Assembly (NCBI RefSeq): GCF_011386835.1
Contig: NC_088808.1
Location: forward strand, 22,568,001-22,632,000
Length of the DNA stretch: 64,000 nucleotides
Origin: Chrysemys picta bellii
Lineage: Eukaryota
Direction: 5' to 3'
The notes beneath the pieces are model-generated. The model was not told the origin of the DNA and did not search any database. It saw only the letters and a list, made by a program, of their open reading frames with translations. Shown piece by piece: positions 59,033-64,000 of this stretch. The position numbers and the translations under genes are program-made. The stretch's first letter is position 1. Each line of letters begins with the position of its first letter.

Positions 59033-61188
59033 TCAGGCTTTGAAAATAGATTAAATTTAGCACTTGACTAGACAACACTATACCAAAATAAATTGCTAAA
59101 CTGCTCCTTACCTTACTTTAATGGCTGCTAATGATCAAAGCCAGCTCTTCTCCTGAAAGACAATGGGAGTAGTGTAGATCCAACGTCAAAATACTAACAT
59201 CCCCCTATACTCTGTATGTTACCCCAGATGACTAATAACTGAAGTTTCAACACTCTGTATCATCTATTTTTAAACATTTTCTAATAAAATTTTAATTCGT
59301 TCACACTCTATTTGCAAAGTATTGGCAAAAATATTTTAAGAGAAGGTTTTGGGGGCTTATTTTTATTTTGCATTTTGTTAATAATGTGGTTATTTTCAGA
59401 TGAGCTGCCAATTTTGTAGGTGGTGTAGAAATGAGTCTCATAATAATTTTGTACTTGGAATTCAGAAATGATCACTAGTAACCATTTACGAATTATCATA
59501 TCCAATATTCCTTGTTGGGTATAAAATGAAAGGATGTTGGACTTTCAACTTTTAAAACTGATTGACTCAGGTTGAAGCTGACCCTGGAATTTTGATGTCA
59601 GAAACAAAAAGCAAAGACAGGTTTTTTAACCTTGTGGCCACTGGTACAAACACAGCAGAGAAAACTCAGAAATAAGGCAAAATGTATTGCTCAGATAGAG
59701 GTGAAAAGGCTTTAAAGGTAATAAAGGAATCTTTTCATCAGGTGATGCTAAATTTGATGTCCTCCTTCCTGGGCATAGGTGAAAATAGTATTGAGATGGT
59801 TTATCAGAAAGTCCTTGGTAGTAATCCTATGGTATTTGCTAGTAAGCATCCTTAGATATTACAGTAGAAATAAGACTTTTACTCCTTTCATTGCTTCTCT
59901 CCGTTCGCTTGTCACTCAAAGTTCTTTCCTCAGATCTGCATCTCTGTGCTGCTCAGCTCTCCCTGCTATATCTACTGCTGTTAGAGCATGGTCAGCTGCA
60001 CTGCCCTCAGCTTCATTATTAAGATGCTGTTCGCAAAGTCTGCAAGTCTCAGTCTGGAGCGAGACTGCTTAGATCAAGGTGGAAGATTGTAAACTGGGAC
60101 CGGTTCTCTCTGTGGGCCACAACCCATCTTAAAGACAGGTGGCTGCTGTCTGCGTTATGTAAATAAAGCGCACTTCTTGGGCCTCTGACGGGGTCAGTGG
60201 AGCCCCTTAGTTGGGCAAATTTTGGAGATCATCTGGGCTTGAGAGTATTTTCAAGTACTTTCTCCAAACCTATTGTATAGAGCAGCAGGAAAACATTGCA
60301 CATGAGCAGATAAGATTAGGGGGGATAGTAGGGCCAGTGTGGGTCAGAAGAGAGGAAGTTCATGAATAAACTTTTATGTTTTTGTCCAGAAGCAGTGTAC
60401 TTTGTGTAAAGTGTGGCTTCTAAGAACAAGGGTCACTCTGATATACTACATCCTCAAGCCTTCCTAGACATGATGATGGATGTGATAGTCCAATTGATCT
60501 TTCATGTCTTACTGTTACAATCTTCCTTAAATTTACACTGTTCCCTCAGTTCAGTGACAGGGCAGAGAGTCATGAGTGGCAGTTTTATTAATTCCATGGC
60601 AGCAGTAGGTTTGGTAGAGTTCAATAAATTCTAACTTGGTTTAAGAAAAATCAAACCCGGAAGCCTTTGTGGGAATACGCAAGGCCTTTGCCATGTACTG
60701 AAAAAACAGCAACTGTCTTCTAGGCTGCTGTTTGCAGCCTTTTTATTCATAAGTGTGAAATTGTCTGAATATGACAAGTGTAGGATGTTGCATTTTTTAA
60801 GAATTTCATGCTTCTCAAAGGAGAATCACACAATGCTCCTTCCTTCAGTGACTTTCACGACTGTCTGCATGTATGCTTTGGAAGAAAATGTGCTGTAATA
60901 ATACTTGGCACTCAGAGAGAAGGTTTCATGAGAGGTTAAGAGCAAGTGTACAGTCCATTTGTGAAAAAATAGAAGGCAGTATATTTGCACGAGTTGGAGA
61001 AGTAAAAGTTTATGGTGAAGTTGTGTTACTCTAATCTCAGATGTTCCTTGCACTGGAGGAAAAAAATCAGTCTCAGAGTAAGGAGTAGTCATCTGGCTGT
61101 ATTGAGTCCTAGCGTGCAGCCAGCCCATTGGTGGAGTGGGCTAGGACTGTTGTCTGCAATACAATTCCCATTCATCAGGCAGGATGAG

Positions 61189-61396
61189 TCATAGATTCCA
61201 AGGCCAGAAGGGATCATTTTAATCATTTAGTGTAACCTTCTGTATAAGACAGACTATAGAACTTGCCCAAAATAATTCCTTTTGAACTAACACACTTCTT
61301 AAATCCAATTTTGATTTAAAATTGCCTTTGATGGAGAATCCACCATGACCCTTGGTAAATTGTTCCAATGGTTAATTATCCTCACTGTTAAAAATT
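61189..61396 (-). mobile_element. CR1 3'-end fragment
   Basis: tcatagattccaaggccagaagggatc..tggagaatccaccatgacccttggtaaattgttccaatggttaatt. Confidence 0.8.
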
Positions 61397-62354
61397 CATG
61401 CCTAAAATGATGCTGAAAATCCAACCAACATTAATTCCAGAGTACCTCCTGTGCATGGCTTATGAACTTTGTAGGGCACCAAGTCAAAAAGCAATCCTCT
61501 CAGGTGGTTGTGTACCCACTGTGTGCACTTTGAAAAATGTATCTGTGCCAAGTTGTCTCATTGTTTGGCTGCTATTTTGGCAGCCAAGTGAGGTCAGTTC
61601 CCCACAGGACAAAGGGCACAATTGAAATGGAAAAAAAAAATCAGGTTTGGTCATCCTTTGGAGTCAGTAAAGACCAGTTCTCCTGTGATGAGCATGTAAT
61701 AGGGACTCACTAAGGAATTTGGCCCTTTGTTCCATGGCTTTCTATTTTTAGCCGGGTGTTCTAGGAACCTTTGATGTTAGAGGTGTGTAGTTGAACTCCA
61801 CCTTGTGTTCCCTTTATCTAAAGTGTATCTCAGTGCCAGTCCTTGTGACTTTTTTTAGCCTATCTGTTGGCTCTGACTTGCAGCACTGAGCCAGCCTATG
61901 ATGTTCTTCCTGTTTCTTGGTAGGGTGTCCAGAGCTGATTCTTATAATACAAAAGTGTCAGTGCAGATGCATAAAATATTGCTGAGCTCTCAGGGGTCCA
62001 TTGTATCTCTAGTACAGCATATCGAGTTAAATCATATAATGTTGAGATTATTTGAGAGTCGAATTTCATGATTGGCTTGTCCTGATATTTACAAAACCCT
62101 CGCATGACATTTACATGAACATAAGTGAAGGGAAGGCCAGGTTATGTATGACTAGGTTTATAGTTGGAAGTATGCTGGCCCTAAAATAATGTCTTTCATC
62201 ACCAGACATAGCACATACTCCATGAGCCCGTTTTACACTACAGACAGTATTGTGTCTGGGGTTTAGTTACAACTCTCATTTGGCAGTGTAGACAAGATCT
62301 TAACCATGTTCCTTAAAAAGATGAACTTAAGCACTGCTTGGGAGTATGATTTTA

Positions 62355-62431
62355 GGCCCCATCTACACTGCACAATGAAAGTGTTATAACCAGTTCCTCA
62401 GATGTGAATCTGTTTGTAAAGTAGATGGGCC
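62355..62431. mobile_element. Very short Harbinger-like MITE
   Basis: TTA|GGCCCCATCTAC ... GTAGATGGGCC. Confidence 0.55.
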
Positions 62432-62745
62432 TTCACTGGGAAAGGTGATCATGAAACACTTCAAAATATAACTTTATTTTCTGATCTATAGAAACCAGTG
62501 CAGCACTTTCAGAGTAGAGTTTCACAGCAAATTGAAAAGCCAGGACCATGAGTGCACATTGATGTACTGAGAACTGTTACTTAGCTGTGCAGTCAGATGT
62601 GTTGATCTTTAATAGTCATCGAGTTTCTGAAAAGAAACGTTTGAGCTTCAAGCACAAACTTCTATATAAGTATTTTTATGATTTTTGTTTTTCAGGAGTA
62701 TATAAAATTTAATCTCATTCATGAGTCGAACTTCCTTTTTAAGTC

Positions 62746-62895
62746 ATGGATGACAAGGTCTCTGTTGGAAAAATCAGTGTCTCTTCAGACTCGGTATCCA
62801 CTCTTAACAGTGAAGATTTTGTCTTGGTTTCCAGGCAAGGGGATGAAACGCCATCTACAAATAATGGTAGTGATGATGAAAAAACAGGACTGAAG
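62746..62895 (+). CDS. RABGAP1: RAB GTPase activating protein 1, first coding exon (5' part of gene; exon probably 62696-62895)
   Basis: MDDKVSVGKISVSSDSVSTLNSEDFVLVSRQGDETPSTNNGSDDEKTGLK; donor AAG|gtaaga at 62895; acceptor tttcag|GAG at 62696; synteny with ZBTB26. Confidence 0.95.
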
Positions 62896-64000
62896 GTAAG
62901 AATCCATAACCCGACTTCATTCTTTCTTCTAACCCAAATTAACCACAAAAGAGCTTAAAGAGGGACTTCTGTTGTTGAAAACTTGAAAGAAGAGAGAACT
63001 TATTCAAGAATCAATGTCCTTTGCTGATATTTTTTGAATTACTTCTGCTGTCATTGTAGATGATATTTATGTTTTGAATAAGTGCTGTCACCATCACTAC
63101 TTGGTTTTTCATTTTGCCGAATCCTTCACTGGAGTTGTCACCCAGTGTTTGAGATGAAACAATCATACATTATGATTTTCAGATGGTTAGAATTTCAACT
63201 TCACTGCAGCTTTCAGGGGAGAAAGCTCTGGTTAATGCACATATGTCATCAGTTTGCTCGTTGGTTCTACTACGTACTAAAGTTTCTCAATGTGAAAGGT
63301 TCTCTAAGAAATTTGGAAGTAGCCTGAAACCTAACACCCAGGACATGTAATGTGGACCTCAGAACACAGGCCCAGGAGCAAGTTATGTGAACTCTGTGGG
63401 CATTAAAATGGCCTTAAAATGTAGTGATAGAAATATGATGGGAACTCTAAACTCTTGTACCTGTAGCTGTATTTTCATATATTATAATATAAAGCGGATC
63501 TTTTCCAGGGCTGATCTAAGTTAGAATGTTCTGTATGGAAGTTGAAGGAAAAATTAGCTTGCCTATGTAAGAGACCTTGAGATCTCAGGTCAGTTAGATC
63601 TGTCATACAAAGAATGTCCAATCCAAATTTCAAATGGGGAGAGAAATCTTGTATTCCCTCTGTGGGACTGTTTTCTTCTTTGCTGCTAGGAGCTGGGAGG
63701 CTGAACAAAGACTTCACTGCAGATTTCCTGATGCCTTTCCACAGCTTTCTTATATCTCCAGCTGCTCTACTTGGCTTTCTTGAATTCCTTTCTGATCTCT
63801 ATAGTAGTCATTTAATGGATGCATTATTATAGATGACACAACAGACAGCCTTCAGTAGAAGAACAGTTCTTTTTCCTTAAGAACTTTTTCATCTGGTGAA
63901 AAAATTGATTTATGTAATTGTATTGCAACTGCAGAAAATTCAGCGACAATTCCCCTTGCAAAGGAATAGTCTGCAAAATTATATCAACAAGTGAGACTTC

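Noticed and set aside
58893-59078. Poly-lysine ORF
   Set aside because: Translation of the T49 homopolymer.
1-64000. CRISPR arrays, rRNA or prokaryotic systems
   Set aside because: None present; the sequence is intron-rich vertebrate DNA and its tandem repeats lack a repeat-spacer structure.

Overview
Vertebrate genomic DNA, almost certainly turtle (tortoise-type tRNA/CR1 SINE, turtle-type CR1 LINEs, Penelope-like repeat ends). It holds the conserved gene block RC3H2 (Roquin-2) - ZBTB6 - ZBTB26 - RABGAP1. RC3H2 is on the minus strand: non-coding exon 1 in a CpG island near 35.9 kb, then 17 coding exons from 28081 down to 288 (3120 nt, 1040 codons, all GT-AG, phases consistent); its last exons lie left of the window. 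It hosts a box C/D snoRNA (SNORD90) in intron 6. ZBTB6 and ZBTB26 are single-coding-exon BTB/C2H2 genes on the minus strand. RABGAP1 starts head-to-head with ZBTB26 and only its first coding exon is in the window. Introns carry hAT, Tc1/mariner and Harbinger-like MITEs, CR1, L2, MIR-type and tRNA SINEs and a probable DIRS relic. Most notable: ~93-bp Penelope-derived mini-insertions with 11-12 bp target duplications, two with a complete minimal hammerhead ribozyme fold (one sense in the ZBTB26 intron); a three-uORF leader on RC3H2; a splice-switchable overlapping uORF on RABGAP1; a candidate in-frame cassette exon and hairpin cluster in RC3H2 intron 13; a possible alternative C-terminus after exon 18; and two templated-insertion junctions. 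All coordinates were read by hand and no database search was run. Gene and repeat family names rest on recognition.
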